A stretch of DNA of 32,000 nucleotides from Nitrososphaera viennensis EN76 (GCF_000698785.1 NZ_CP007536.1:810001-842000); one strand, 5' to 3'. Numbered from the stretch's first letter, positions 15,339-24,917 are shown. Translations and numbers: made by a program. The notes: a model not told the origin generated them from the letters alone.

Positions 15339-15830
15339 GTGGCGCGCAAGTCGGCAGTCCTCATCCCGGTCATAATCGCCGCCGTGGCCATAGGCGGGCT
15401 TGGGCTTGCGTTTATCCCGCCGGACATCAAGGAGCGAAACGCGGATTTTCCAAAGGGCACGGTGCGCATAAACGACGACGTGATAACGGTCGAGGTGGCG
15501 CAGTCGGTCGCAGAGAAGCAGCGCTGGCTCACATTTCGGCAGGACAAGCTACCGATTGACACTGCCATGCTGATGAAGTACGACAAGCCGGACCTCTACG
15601 ACATATGGATGCTCAACGTGAACTACAACCTTGACCTAATATGGTTTGACCAGGGCGGCAACGCGGTCTACATGAAAAAGGACGTCCCGCCGTGCGGACA
15701 TGTACTTGACCAGCAGGGCTGCACGTACAAGACCACCAAGCCGTCGATGTACATTCTGGCCGGGACTGCAGGGTTTGCAGATGCTCACAAGATAGATATC
15801 GGGACAAAGATGAACATCATTTCGGCCTAG
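15339..15830 (+). CDS. DUF192 (COG1430) domain protein with N-terminal membrane anchor
   Basis: GTG start. N-terminal anchor AVLIPVIIAAVAIGGLGLAF. ITVEVAQSVAEKQRWLTFRQ...IWMLNVNYNLDLIWFDQGGNAV resembles the DUF192 pattern (memory). Confidence 0.7.
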   Translation: MARKSAVLIPVIIAAVAIGGLGLAFIPPDIKERNADFPKGTVRINDDVITVEVAQSVAEKQRWLTFRQDKLPIDTAMLMKYDKPDLYDIWMLNVNYNLDLIWFDQGGNAVYMKKDVPPCGHVLDQQGCTYKTTKPSMYILAGTAGFADAHKIDIGTKMNIISA

Positions 15831-15878
15831 CTTCACTTTACATGAATGATCGAGAAGGAGCAGTAGCAGTAGTGGCAT

Positions 15879-15927
15879 GGGCGCCGGCCATTGGAAGTCA
15901 GAAGGTGGCACGGAGCGGCCGGCGCCC
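15879..15927. terminator. GC-rich hairpin between convergent genes
   Basis: Perfect 11-bp inverted repeat GGGCGCCGGCC (15879-15889) / GGCCGGCGCCC (15917-15927) with a 27-nt loop, followed by a T-rich tract, between DUF192 (+) and arlB (-). Confidence 0.5.
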
Positions 15928-15951
15928 GGTTTGTGTGTATTTTATATGCAG

Positions 15952-16626
15952 CTAGCCCAATTCAACCACCGCGTCTGAGATCGACGGGACCATCCTCTTT
16001 ACAGAGAGGAGCGCGCCAGTAGGCACTATCACTTCGGTGTTGATAGTATCCAGCGACGTCGGCCTGTCGGCATTTTTGAACATCACGAGAACCACGGCGT
16101 TCTCGCCAAGGTCAAGGATGGAATTGTCGTTCTTGTTGACAGTAAAGTAGACCAGGGCGGATGTCTCGTTCAGACCACTTCCAGCCCACGGGAGCTGGTT
16201 TATCATGCCGGCGTTTTTGGCCGCTACTATGGCTGCCGTGCTGTTAGAGTACGTGCCGTTTGAGAGTATTCCCTTGTAAGTGCTCTCAAGTACAAGGTTC
16301 TTGCTGTAGTACCTTATGGCAGTGTTCTCCGTCTCGATATTTACCGACTGTCCGCCGGGCGAAACCTTGATTGGCACAGCGTAGTAGGTGAGCCTGTTCT
16401 GCGTCACGTTGCCGTGCCCTGTTACGCCGCCTGTGATTTCCATTGCGCTGCTTGCTTCGTCCAGTCCTGACGAGATTGTAGTCTTTGCCTTCTGCGTGGT
16501 CGAGAAACCCATGTTCAGGATGACAAACGAGAGAGCTGCTGCCACCATGACAAAGGCGATCAGCACTATTGCAGATTCAATGCCGATCACGCCACGCCTG
16601 AACTTTTGCCTTTGCTTCGACTTCAT
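15952..16626 (-). CDS. arlB: archaellin
   Basis: MKSKQRQKFRRG/VIGIESAIVLIAFVMVAAA: class III signal peptide plus the conserved hydrophobic archaellin N-terminus. About 45% similar by eye to the partial gene at 31475. Confidence 0.9.
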   Translation of the reverse strand: MKSKQRQKFRRGVIGIESAIVLIAFVMVAAALSFVILNMGFSTTQKAKTTISSGLDEASSAMEITGGVTGHGNVTQNRLTYYAVPIKVSPGGQSVNIETENTAIRYYSKNLVLESTYKGILSNGTYSNSTAAIVAAKNAGMINQLPWAGSGLNETSALVYFTVNKNDNSILDLGENAVVLVMFKNADRPTSLDTINTEVIVPTGALLSVKRMVPSISDAVVELG

Positions 16627-16823
16627 ATGCCACTAGTCTGGGGCTTTCTGGAATTAAGCTCAAGTATGTACTCTAGAACGAGCTAGGTACACACACATAC
16701 AACCTTGCAAGCCCCCTCCGGCCCGGCGTGCCGGCGTCCACGCGCACACACATACAGATATGTGTATACGGATATTCATACAAACCTTGTAAAACGCGAA
16801 TAGCCACCCGGGAATACACCGGC

Positions 16824-18479
16824 GTGTCGCTTGAAAACATTACCAAGAGATTTGTAGATCTCGGGCTCTCGGAAGAAGAGGCCACGGTCCTCAGAGACCT
16901 GTACCTGGCAGGCGAATCCAAGGCCGGGGACCTTGCAAGGTCGTCTGGGCTTGCCAGAATCAAGGTATACAGGATACTTGACAGGCTGCAAGGAATGAAC
17001 ATAGTAGAGTCCACCATGGGCAGGCCGGTCATTTTTTCCCCAATCCCTCCCGACAGCGCAATTGAGAGGCTGATAGAGCACGCGGCCAGGAAACTTGAGA
17101 CGATGCAGGTCGCGCGCGAGGAAGTGATAAAGGAGCTTTCCAGGTTCAAGCTGCAGGAAAGGCCGCAGGTTGAAGCCAAGTACAGGATTATCCAGGGCAA
17201 GCGGCAGATCTACCCGTGGATAGCCAAGATGGCCGCCTCTGCAGGTTCTGAAATCCTTGCATATGTCGAAAGGGAGGATTTGAGAAAGATCTACTACACT
17301 GACATCCCTGAAGAGCTTGCAAAAGCAAGAAAGAGGGGCGTAAAGGTCAGGATACTGACGGACGTGGACTATTCGCTTGCGGCAACTGTCAAGGACTATG
17401 CAGGGTACGCGGACATCAGGCACACCAGGATCCCCGGGATGAGCATCCTGCTCGTCATCGATGAATCAGAACTTGTCGTGTCGGCCACGACAAAGGTAGA
17501 AGGAGCCACCGACGTGGCTTTGTGGATGAACGGCAAGAACTTTGTGGCAGGAATAAAGGGTCTCCTCGGCGAAAGCTGGGAGAACGCCATCAGCGCCCAG
17601 ACAAGGATAAACATCATGAAGGAAGGCGGCAAGGCCCTCCAGGACATCCTCATAGTCAGGGGCACGCAGTCGATAGGCGAGTTCTACAAAGGCATGCTTT
17701 CAAGGGCCAAAAAGAAGGTGCTGCATATCTCTGTCCCGTACGACACCGAGTTTTTCGGGACACTTGCGAGCGACTCGCTTGCGTGGGCTGGCAGGAAGGT
17801 GGAGATGCAGGTCCTGACTGCGATCGACGGATCATCGCTTGGCGACATAAGAGACCTTGGCGAAAGGTGCAAGATCCGGCACGTAGATGCAAGGGCAGGA
17901 GTCAACATCACAATTGTGGACGGAGAGGAGGTCATGCTCACGCCAGCAGCCGGAGGGGCAAAGAGCCGCAGCCAGAGCGCGATATGGTCAAACGTACGCG
18001 ACTATGTCGAGCACTACAGGATCATGTTTGACAACCTCTGGTCTTCGTCGACTGCAATGCCTGACAGAATAGTGCTTGTCGAGGCGCAGGCAAAGGTTGC
18101 AGAGATGGCATCGTCAATGCGCCGGCTGCTTGAAGGCGCAGGATTTAGGATCCAAAAGGCGATAAAGGGCACGAGCGGCTTTGTGCACGAGTTTTCCATC
18201 GTGGCCGCAAGAGAGCACGGCACGGCTGTCGTCGTGGTCGACATAGCCGGCCCTGAAAAACCCGACCTGCAGGCGGCAGTGATAGGGTTCGTCGTCAAGT
18301 GCATGGACATAAAGGCTGACAGCAAACTCCTAGTCACGCTTTCAGACCCTGCAGAAATGCAGGCTTCGATAAAGTCCTTCCATAGCGGCATCACGGTCGC
18401 AGGCGCAGGCGACGCTGAAAAGGCGCTCAGAAAGATGATAGGGGTACAAGAGAAGCAACAACAGATTACCACGGCCTAG
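16824..18479 (+). CDS. TrmB-like transcriptional regulator with duplicated effector-type domain and extra C-terminal domain
   Basis: wHTH LGLSEEEATVLRDLYLAGESKAGDLARSSGLARIKVYRILDRLQGMNIV. Two TrmB-C-like repeats (YRIIQGKRQI...RGVKVRILT and LIVRGTQSIG...RKVEMQVLT). Start trimmed from 16728 to GTG 16824. Confidence 0.8.
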   Translation: MSLENITKRFVDLGLSEEEATVLRDLYLAGESKAGDLARSSGLARIKVYRILDRLQGMNIVESTMGRPVIFSPIPPDSAIERLIEHAARKLETMQVAREEVIKELSRFKLQERPQVEAKYRIIQGKRQIYPWIAKMAASAGSEILAYVEREDLRKIYYTDIPEELAKARKRGVKVRILTDVDYSLAATVKDYAGYADIRHTRIPGMSILLVIDESELVVSATTKVEGATDVALWMNGKNFVAGIKGLLGESWENAISAQTRINIMKEGGKALQDILIVRGTQSIGEFYKGMLSRAKKKVLHISVPYDTEFFGTLASDSLAWAGRKVEMQVLTAIDGSSLGDIRDLGERCKIRHVDARAGVNITIVDGEEVMLTPAAGGAKSRSQSAIWSNVRDYVEHYRIMFDNLWSSSTAMPDRIVLVEAQAKVAEMASSMRRLLEGAGFRIQKAIKGTSGFVHEFSIVAAREHGTAVVVVDIAGPEKPDLQAAVIGFVVKCMDIKADSKLLVTLSDPAEMQASIKSFHSGITVAGAGDAEKALRKMIGVQEKQQQITTA

Positions 18480-18673
18480 ACTGATTGTTGCATATCCCTC
18501 GCATGCATGTGCGTGTATGTCCGTCCGTATGGATTTTGACACAATCCCCGTTTTATCCCCGTGCCTGTAAAGCATAGACGATATCACGCCATGAACAAAG
18601 CCAATCTCAAAGATACTACAATACATCAACATGAAAAAATGGTACGACTGCATGTTTCCGGGCTCAAGGCCCT

Positions 18674-20959
18674 ATGTGCAGGAGGAAGGCGCAAGTGAAG
18701 AACCCTCTTTCCAACAGCCTGAACGGGCGCCTGATCTCGCTCTTCATCGCAATGTCCGTGGTTCCGCTGGCGGCCATTGCAGTGCTCAGCTTCAATTCTG
18801 CGCAGGACGCGTTGAGCAACAAGATAAGCAACGAGCTGCATTCGCTGGCAGTAAGCAGGATGGAGGCAGTCAAGATCCTCAACGAGATGCGCCTGCAGCA
18901 AGCGTCAACCTTTGCTTCAGGGGAAAGGGTGCAAGACCTGTTCCAGCTGTACAATGCCAAGGAAGCAGGGGCCAGCATAGACGAGTCGCAGCTGAAAGAG
19001 GCATCCAGCACGTTAATGGGCGAATTTTCCGAGTTCAAGGAAGCGACAGGAGGGGATAAGGACGGATTCTACAAAATAAAGACGGTTTCGATGCATGGCA
19101 CGGTGTTCTATTCCTCCTCCGACGGCTCGGAGGTCGGAAAGAGCATCGCGCAGGATCCGAACTTCCAGAAGGCAAAGCAGCAGCCGGTGTCATTCGTAGA
19201 GTATGACGCGGCCAGAAAAGAAGGAGCCCGCACGATAATAGTGCCGGTGACTGCACACGGCGGACAGGACACGATAGGCGTGGTGTATGCCAGCGTGCCA
19301 ACGCACGTCGCGTCGCAGATACTCCTGAACAGGGAGGGCCTTGGCGAATCCGGCGAGACATACCTCGTAAACAGCGAGGGCCTGATGATATCCGAGTCAA
19401 GGTTCGTCGAAGGGGCCGCATTTAACCAGAGGGTCAACACCCTGCCTGTCACAGAGTGCTTTGAAAAGGGCACCGTTGTAAACGGCATCTACCCAGACTA
19501 CAGGGGAATACCGGTTTATGGCGCCTCGGCGTGCGTAAAGGACGCAGGCATTGTGCTGCTTGCAGAGTACGACGTTGCAGAGATCAACGCGCCAATCACG
19601 CAGCTCCAGAACCAGTACCTCCTGCTTGGAGGGCCGATAGTGGGGGCAGTAGGCGTCGCGGCATTTTTCATTTCGCGGTCGATTTCAAGGCCAATAGCCG
19701 TCATCAGCAGGGCGGCGCAGAACGTAAGCAAAGGCGACCTGACCGTAAAAATGGGCGAAGTAAAATCCAAGGACGAGATCGGGATACTTTCCAAGTCGTT
19801 CACGGACATGATTGGAAATATACGCGAGCTCGTCAAGCAGGCCCAGGACAACTCGATCACAATCTCATCGACGGCGGAACAGATGGCCGCGTCGACAGAG
19901 GAGGTTAACGCGTCCATCAATCAGGTCTCAACAAGCGTCCAGCAGATTGCAAAGGGAACCCAGGATCAGGCCAAGAGGCTTGAAGAGAACAACAGGATCG
20001 CAGAAGAGCTGAGGACGACCATGAAAGGCGTGTCCAGGTCTGCAGAAGAAGTCGCCGGCCAGGCTATGCAGACAGGCAAGACGGCGCAGGCAGGGCAAAC
20101 GGCCGCATCTGACGCCGCCCAGAGGATGACAAAGATACATGACTTTGTCAACAAGGCGGTTTCGGACATCAAGGGAATAAGCGAAAAGTCTGCCCAGATT
20201 GCATCTGCCCTTGGCGTCATCAACACCATCTCGGACAAGACCAACCTGCTTGCCCTCAACGCCGCCATAGAGGCGGCAAGGGCTGGAGAGGCGGGCAAGG
20301 GCTTTGCCGTCGTGGCAGACGAGGTAAAGCGCCTGGCCGAAGGGTCGCTCAAGGCATCCGAGGAGATAGCAAAGCTGGTGGACGAAATCAAGACTACCAT
20401 CGAGGCGTCGGTGCAGAACATCGAGTCCGGCTCCAAGGAAGTGTACGAGGGAACAGACATCATAAACAAGGCCCTCTCTTCGCTTGAAGCCATATCGACC
20501 GAGGCGCTGCAGACGGCCAAGAAGGTTCAGGAAATAGCGTCCAGCACCCAGAACCAGGTCAGGGCGGCTGAAAATGTCACAAAGCTGACCGCGGAAGTGG
20601 CATCGGTTGCTGAAGAAACGGCAGCTTCGGCAGAAGAAGTGTCAGCGGCAACAGAGCAGCAGACAGCCAGCATGCAGGAAGTCACCAACGCGGCGCAAGA
20701 GCTTGCCAAGATAGCTGAAAAGTCGCAGGGCCTGATAACCAAGTTCAAGACCGACCACGCAGGCGAGCATGAACAGGATGAGGAGGAGGAGGAAAAGGCC
20801 GCCCCTGCGGCGCCCGCCGGGGAAACCAGGCCGGGTCTGGGCAAGCCACTCAAGCTAAAGACTCCTTTTGTAAGGAAGGAGGGTCGAAAACCGATGCTTG
20901 GCCGGATTAAAGCAATACACGGTGGAGGAGGAGATCAGAAAGAAGAGGCAGTGAACTAG
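18674..20959 (+). CDS. transmembrane methyl-accepting chemotaxis protein (Cache-like sensor, HAMP, MCP signalling domain)
   Basis: TM1 [21 protein letters not shown], extracellular [15 protein letters not shown] Cache-like region, TM2 [39 protein letters not shown], and hairpin tip [35 protein letters not shown] 18695 preceded by AGGAGGAAGG is an alternative start. Confidence 0.95.
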   Translation: MCRRKAQVKNPLSNSLNGRLISLFIAMSVVPLAAIAVLSFNSAQDALSNKISNELHSLAVSRMEAVKILNEMRLQQASTFASGERVQDLFQLYNAKEAGASIDESQLKEASSTLMGEFSEFKEATGGDKDGFYKIKTVSMHGTVFYSSSDGSEVGKSIAQDPNFQKAKQQPVSFVEYDAARKEGARTIIVPVTAHGGQDTIGVVYASVPTHVASQILLNREGLGESGETYLVNSEGLMISESRFVEGAAFNQRVNTLPVTECFEKGTVVNGIYPDYRGIPVYGASACVKDAGIVLLAEYDVAEINAPITQLQNQYLLLGGPIVGAVGVAAFFISRSISRPIAVISRAAQNVSKGDLTVKMGEVKSKDEIGILSKSFTDMIGNIRELVKQAQDNSITISSTAEQMAASTEEVNASINQVSTSVQQIAKGTQDQAKRLEENNRIAEELRTTMKGVSRSAEEVAGQAMQTGKTAQAGQTAASDAAQRMTKIHDFVNKAVSDIKGISEKSAQIASALGVINTISDKTNLLALNAAIEAARAGEAGKGFAVVADEVKRLAEGSLKASEEIAKLVDEIKTTIEASVQNIESGSKEVYEGTDIINKALSSLEAISTEALQTAKKVQEIASSTQNQVRAAENVTKLTAEVASVAEETAASAEEVSAATEQQTASMQEVTNAAQELAKIAEKSQGLITKFKTDHAGEHEQDEEEEEKAAPAAPAGETRPGLGKPLKLKTPFVRKEGRKPMLGRIKAIHGGGGDQKEEAVN

Positions 20960-20999
20960 AGGCAGTAAAACCATCCCTTTTTCGCGGTGCCAGGCAAAG

Positions 21000-21170
21000 T
21001 CAAGCGTCGCTTGAAAGCTTGGCACCTTTGCGATATTCCAGGATTGCTTCCTTTATCGAGTCAAGAAGATGCTTGAGCGTCAAGTTAGACAGCAGGTAAA
21101 AATCATCTACAGGAATGCCTAGCTGCTTGAACTCGCGATACAGCATTTCCCGCTCGGCATCCTTTTTCAA
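21000..21170 (-). CDS. candidate 56-aa helical protein (below ORF-track cutoff)
   Basis: Manual translation LKKDAEREMLYREFKQLGIPVDDFYLLSNLTLKHLLDSIKEAILEYRKGAKLSSDA. TTG start with AAATATAC about 30 nt upstream. The stop lies inside the palindrome 20986-21026. Confidence 0.3.
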   Translation of the reverse strand: MKKDAEREMLYREFKQLGIPVDDFYLLSNLTLKHLLDSIKEAILEYRKGAKLSSDA

Positions 21171-21609
21171 GGCTGAAAAAAGCCAGTAAAACCGTATATT
21201 TGAATTTTATCATGGTATTTTCTATAACAAAGTCCAGTATGTTAGACGTGCCACCGGGAATAGCACGACTCATCGCTCGTCTGGGCCACATAGTCCCGGC
21301 AATCCATGCTTGCCCGGATCTTTAGGGCGACAGACGCAACGGGATTGCTTTGATCCAGGTCCAGCCCAGCCGCCAGGTCAGCCATATGGTACATGGCAGT
21401 AAAGAAGGCGTAAAACCCAAGGACGCAATAGGCGGCAAGGTATAGAAGAATTCGACGCGATGTCCTCTCACTCAATGCACTTGTACGTATGTTTTTTGAC
21501 AGCCCAATTGTTATATACTTTTTTGCAGGCCCCGTCCGCGCGGCGGTTGTCAAACCGTATTAGACATACTTGTTCTTTTAATCGCCATTTGTCTACTGCC
21601 AGCACATAT

Positions 21610-22692
21610 ATGCACGTGGAACACGCACAGGAAAATGCCAAGGACAGCTCTTCGCTGGAGACAGTGGCCAAGCTGTCGGAGATGCTTTCCTCCAAGACAG
21701 AGACCGCAATCAACGAGATAGACCACATCAACGGCGAGACGCAGGTCCTTGCAATCAACGCGCTGATAGAGGCAAGCAGGGCTGGGGAAGCTGGCAAGGC
21801 ATTCAGCGTCGTTGCCGAGGAAATGAGCAGGCTTTCTCGGAAAATAGTTGACACCACAGACAAGCTGAGAAAGGAAAGCAGGGGCACCATAAGCGAGCTG
21901 AAGAACCTTATCAAGATGCAGGCCACGAACATCAGGGGCATACGGCTCTCCGATCTTGCGCTGACCAACATCGACCTGATAGACCGCAACCTGTACGAAA
22001 GGTCGTGCGACGTCCGCTGGTGGGCCAAGGACTCAAGCATGGTCGCAGCCCTGTCCGAAAAGACCCAAGAAGGCCGCGACATGGCATCCACGCGCCTCGG
22101 GGTAATCTTGGACGCTTATACTGTGTATTTCGACCTGGTCCTGTGCGACGTCGAGGGAAACGTCATTGCAAACGGCAGGCCGCAGCAGTTCAGGTCGCAG
22201 GGCACGAACCAGCGCAACACGGCGTGGTTCGAGTCAGCGATGAGCACCGCTTCAAACGACCAGTTCGGGTTCCAGACGGTCCACAGGTCTCCCCTGGTAA
22301 ACGACCAGATGGCAGTCATCTTTTCATGCTGCGTCAGAGAAAACTGCCAGAGCAACGGCAGGGTGCTTGGCGTCCTTGGAACGGTGTTCAACTGGGAAGC
22401 GCTGGCGCAGGAGGTCGTCAACAAGACTCCCCTGAGCAAGGAAGAAAAGGCCAACAGCAGGGTCTGCATAGTAGACGGAAAGGGCACCGTCCTTGCAGAC
22501 ACCAACGGCAGGGTGCTCGAAGAAAGCATACACTTTGCAGGAGATATCGAGGTATACGGCACGAACAAGGGCTTTGTCATGAAAAAGTACAACGACAGCG
22601 ACTCGTGCATCGCGTACGCAGCTTCAACGGGCTACGAGACCTATTCCTCAGGATGGCATTCGATTATCATCCAGAAGCTGAATGCAGGGTGA
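21610..22692 (+). CDS. soluble MCP-like protein: short N-terminal signalling hairpin plus C-terminal Cache/PAS-like sensor domain
   Basis: ETQVLAINALIEASRAGEAGKAFSVVAEEMSRLS is an MCP hairpin tip. No TM or HAMP. The C-terminal ~240 aa (YERSCDVRWWAKD...VLCDVEGNVIANG...GRVLGVLGTVFNW) look like a PDC/Cache fold. Start trimmed from 21460 to ATG 21610 (CTTTTAAT about 30 nt upstream). Confidence 0.8.
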   Translation: MHVEHAQENAKDSSSLETVAKLSEMLSSKTETAINEIDHINGETQVLAINALIEASRAGEAGKAFSVVAEEMSRLSRKIVDTTDKLRKESRGTISELKNLIKMQATNIRGIRLSDLALTNIDLIDRNLYERSCDVRWWAKDSSMVAALSEKTQEGRDMASTRLGVILDAYTVYFDLVLCDVEGNVIANGRPQQFRSQGTNQRNTAWFESAMSTASNDQFGFQTVHRSPLVNDQMAVIFSCCVRENCQSNGRVLGVLGTVFNWEALAQEVVNKTPLSKEEKANSRVCIVDGKGTVLADTNGRVLEESIHFAGDIEVYGTNKGFVMKKYNDSDSCIAYAASTGYETYSSGWHSIIIQKLNAG

Positions 22693-22893
22693 TGATTTGT
22701 TTTCCATCAATCCATCCATGTCCATTTTTGCATGGCCGATTTTTCACGTGCGCGATTTGACATACTTGACCATATTAACGCCAGCACCATACAAGACAAA
22801 CGTGAGTGAGATGGTCGGCAACAGAATGATCACACGCATAATAAACCGGATGCATCATCGCATCCCGCGCAGGCCGGAGGGACAACATCCATC

Positions 22894-23394
22894 ATGAGCT
22901 CGGCGTCGACATCAGCAGCCTTGGCAGACAGCTCGTCGCAGATCCTGGTATTCAGTCTGCTAGAAGAAGGGCTGTCAAGGAGGATGGACTATGGAGTTGA
23001 GGTGAGCCAGGTCCAGGAGATCGGGCTTTTGGAAAACATCAGTATGGTGCCAAACGCTCCAGCATACGTAAAGGGCGTCATGAACCTGCGTGGCAAGATA
23101 ATCACCATAATTGACGTAAAGCAGAAACTTGGCTTCCAGGCGATAAAAGAGGTCAACGCCTCTACCAGAATCCTGATAGTCGGAGTAGGGTCGACCCTCA
23201 CGGGCCTGCTTGTGGATGAAGTAGATGAAGTCATGCGCATACCTGCAAGCGAGATCGAGCCAAACCCGGTCAGCGTTGCAGAAACGTCCCCGTACGTCAA
23301 GGGAATAGCCAAGATCCATGACAGACTCATAGTCATACTCGACTTGAAGATGCTGCTCGGCGAAGGCGGCAATAGCAGCAGCCAGGCGAGCTAG
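22894..23394 (+). CDS. cheW: chemotaxis coupling protein CheW
   Basis: VFSLLEE...YGVEVSQVQEI...VPNAPAYVKGVMNLRGKIITIIDVKQKLG...GLLVDEVDEVMRIP, typical of the CheW domain. Confidence 0.95.
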   Translation: MSSASTSAALADSSSQILVFSLLEEGLSRRMDYGVEVSQVQEIGLLENISMVPNAPAYVKGVMNLRGKIITIIDVKQKLGFQAIKEVNASTRILIVGVGSTLTGLLVDEVDEVMRIPASEIEPNPVSVAETSPYVKGIAKIHDRLIVILDLKMLLGEGGNSSSQAS

Positions 23395-23418
23395 GCACAG
23401 GAGGCAAGAAAAAAGACA

Positions 23419-23799
23419 ATGTCATCGAGAAGCTCGACAAAAATCCTCGTGGTCGACGACGCGCTTTTCATGAGGACGATACTCAAGGACATACTCCACT
23501 CAAACGGGTTTACAAACGTGCTTGAAGCAGGCGACGGTGCTGCTGCAATAGATGCATACCGCAAGAGCAGGCCGGACCTTGTCACGATGGACATCAACAT
23601 GCCGGGAACAGACGGCATACAGGCGCTAAAATCGATAATTGCGATGGACCCCACGGCCAAGATAATCATGGTCACTTCTGTCGAGCAGAAGCAGATCGTA
23701 CAGGAGGCCATCAAGGTCGGCGCCAAGGACTATGTGGTCAAGCCGTTTGACAGGGCGATGGTGGCTGCCGTGCTGAGCAAGGTCATGAGGGGCAGGTGA
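23419..23799 (+). CDS. cheY: chemotaxis response regulator CheY
   Basis: Single receiver domain: KILVVDDALFMR, DLVTMDINMPGTDG, IIMVTS, VVKPF. Confidence 0.95.
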   Translation: MSSRSSTKILVVDDALFMRTILKDILHSNGFTNVLEAGDGAAAIDAYRKSRPDLVTMDINMPGTDGIQALKSIIAMDPTAKIIMVTSVEQKQIVQEAIKVGAKDYVVKPFDRAMVAAVLSKVMRGR

Positions 23800-24917
23800 C
23801 CGGCAGAAAGATGTCCTCCTCCGCCACCACCACTACAAGCACGCTTGCCAGTAACGGCTACGACAAGACCCGGGTGATGATAGTCAACGATTCGATGTAC
23901 ATGCGCAGCCTGTTCAGCGACCTGATATCTTCAAGCCAGAGGCTCCAGGTGTCCGACACTGCAAACGACGGACTCGATGCATTGAGGAAGATCCGCAAGA
24001 GCAGGCCGGACGTAGTGCTGCTCGATTTGGAGATGCCCAACATGGACGGGCTTTCGTTCATAGAAAACATCATGTCCGCAGATCCGCTGCCGGTGGTCCT
24101 TGTGAGCAGCTACGGGCAAAGGGGGGCAGACGTGGTATTTGACGCCCTGGAGATGGGCGCGGTGGACTTTGTGCCCATACCGCAGGACGATCCAGAAAAG
24201 ATGAGAGGTCTGCGCGACACGCTAGTTTCAAAGATAGAGATAGCCGCGCAGGCAAAAAACCACCCGCGGCTGAAAACAAAGGCCGCACGCAGGCCCGAAA
24301 GAGAGGCGGCGCGCCGTTCATATTCTTCGAAGGCTGTTGCTGGCGAGGATTCGGCGGTCGTAGTCATTGGTGCTTCCACAGGAGGCCCGGGCGTGGTGGG
24401 CGAAATAATGTCCAGGCTTTCTGCAGACCTGCCGGCAGGCATACTCATAGTACAGCACATGCCGGAAGGATTCACAAAGAGCTTTGCAGACCGCCTCAAC
24501 GGGATCTCCAAGATACCGGTGAGAGAGGCCAGAGAAGGCGACGCCGTCAGGGCGGGCACGGCGCTGCTTGCGCCGGGGGACTACCACCTGCTGGTCAAGC
24601 CGTCCCGCACAGTTGAACTAAACAAATCTCCAAGGAGGTTTGGAGTCAGGCCGGCCATAAACATGAGCATGGTCTCTGCCTCGCAGGTGTACGGCCGCAA
24701 GACTATCGGGGTGCTGCTGACAGGAATGGGGCATGACGGAGCCTTTGGCATGAAGATGATCAAGAGGAAGGGCGGAGTGACGGTAGGGCAGGACGAGTCT
24801 TCTTCGGTCGTCTTTGGCATGGCCAAGGCGGCAGCAGAGATGGACGCCGTGGATCGCCTGCTCCCTGCAGAGATGATACCGGAAGAGATTGAGAGGATGG
24901 TGGCAAGCATACAATGA
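23796..24917 (+). CDS. cheB: chemotaxis methylesterase/deamidase CheB
   Basis: Receiver domain (VMIVNDS...DVVLLDLEMPNMDG) plus esterase domain (VVIGASTGGPGVV, IVQHMPEGFTKSFADRLN, LLTGMGHDGA). GTGA overlap with cheY. ATG 23811 is an alternative start. Confidence 0.95.
   Translation: MTGRKMSSSATTTTSTLASNGYDKTRVMIVNDSMYMRSLFSDLISSSQRLQVSDTANDGLDALRKIRKSRPDVVLLDLEMPNMDGLSFIENIMSADPLPVVLVSSYGQRGADVVFDALEMGAVDFVPIPQDDPEKMRGLRDTLVSKIEIAAQAKNHPRLKTKAARRPEREAARRSYSSKAVAGEDSAVVVIGASTGGPGVVGEIMSRLSADLPAGILIVQHMPEGFTKSFADRLNGISKIPVREAREGDAVRAGTALLAPGDYHLLVKPSRTVELNKSPRRFGVRPAINMSMVSASQVYGRKTIGVLLTGMGHDGAFGMKMIKRKGGVTVGQDESSSVVFGMAKAAAEMDAVDRLLPAEMIPEEIERMVASIQ

Noticed and set aside
21103-21553. Minus-strand ORFs 21103..21291 (62 aa) and 21242..21553 (103 aa, one hydrophobic segment) in the gap between the two receptor genes.
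   Set aside because: They overlap each other and the mini-MCP promoter region, and there is no motif or clear start signal. The 103-aa ORF cannot be excluded as a small membrane protein, but the evidence is too thin.
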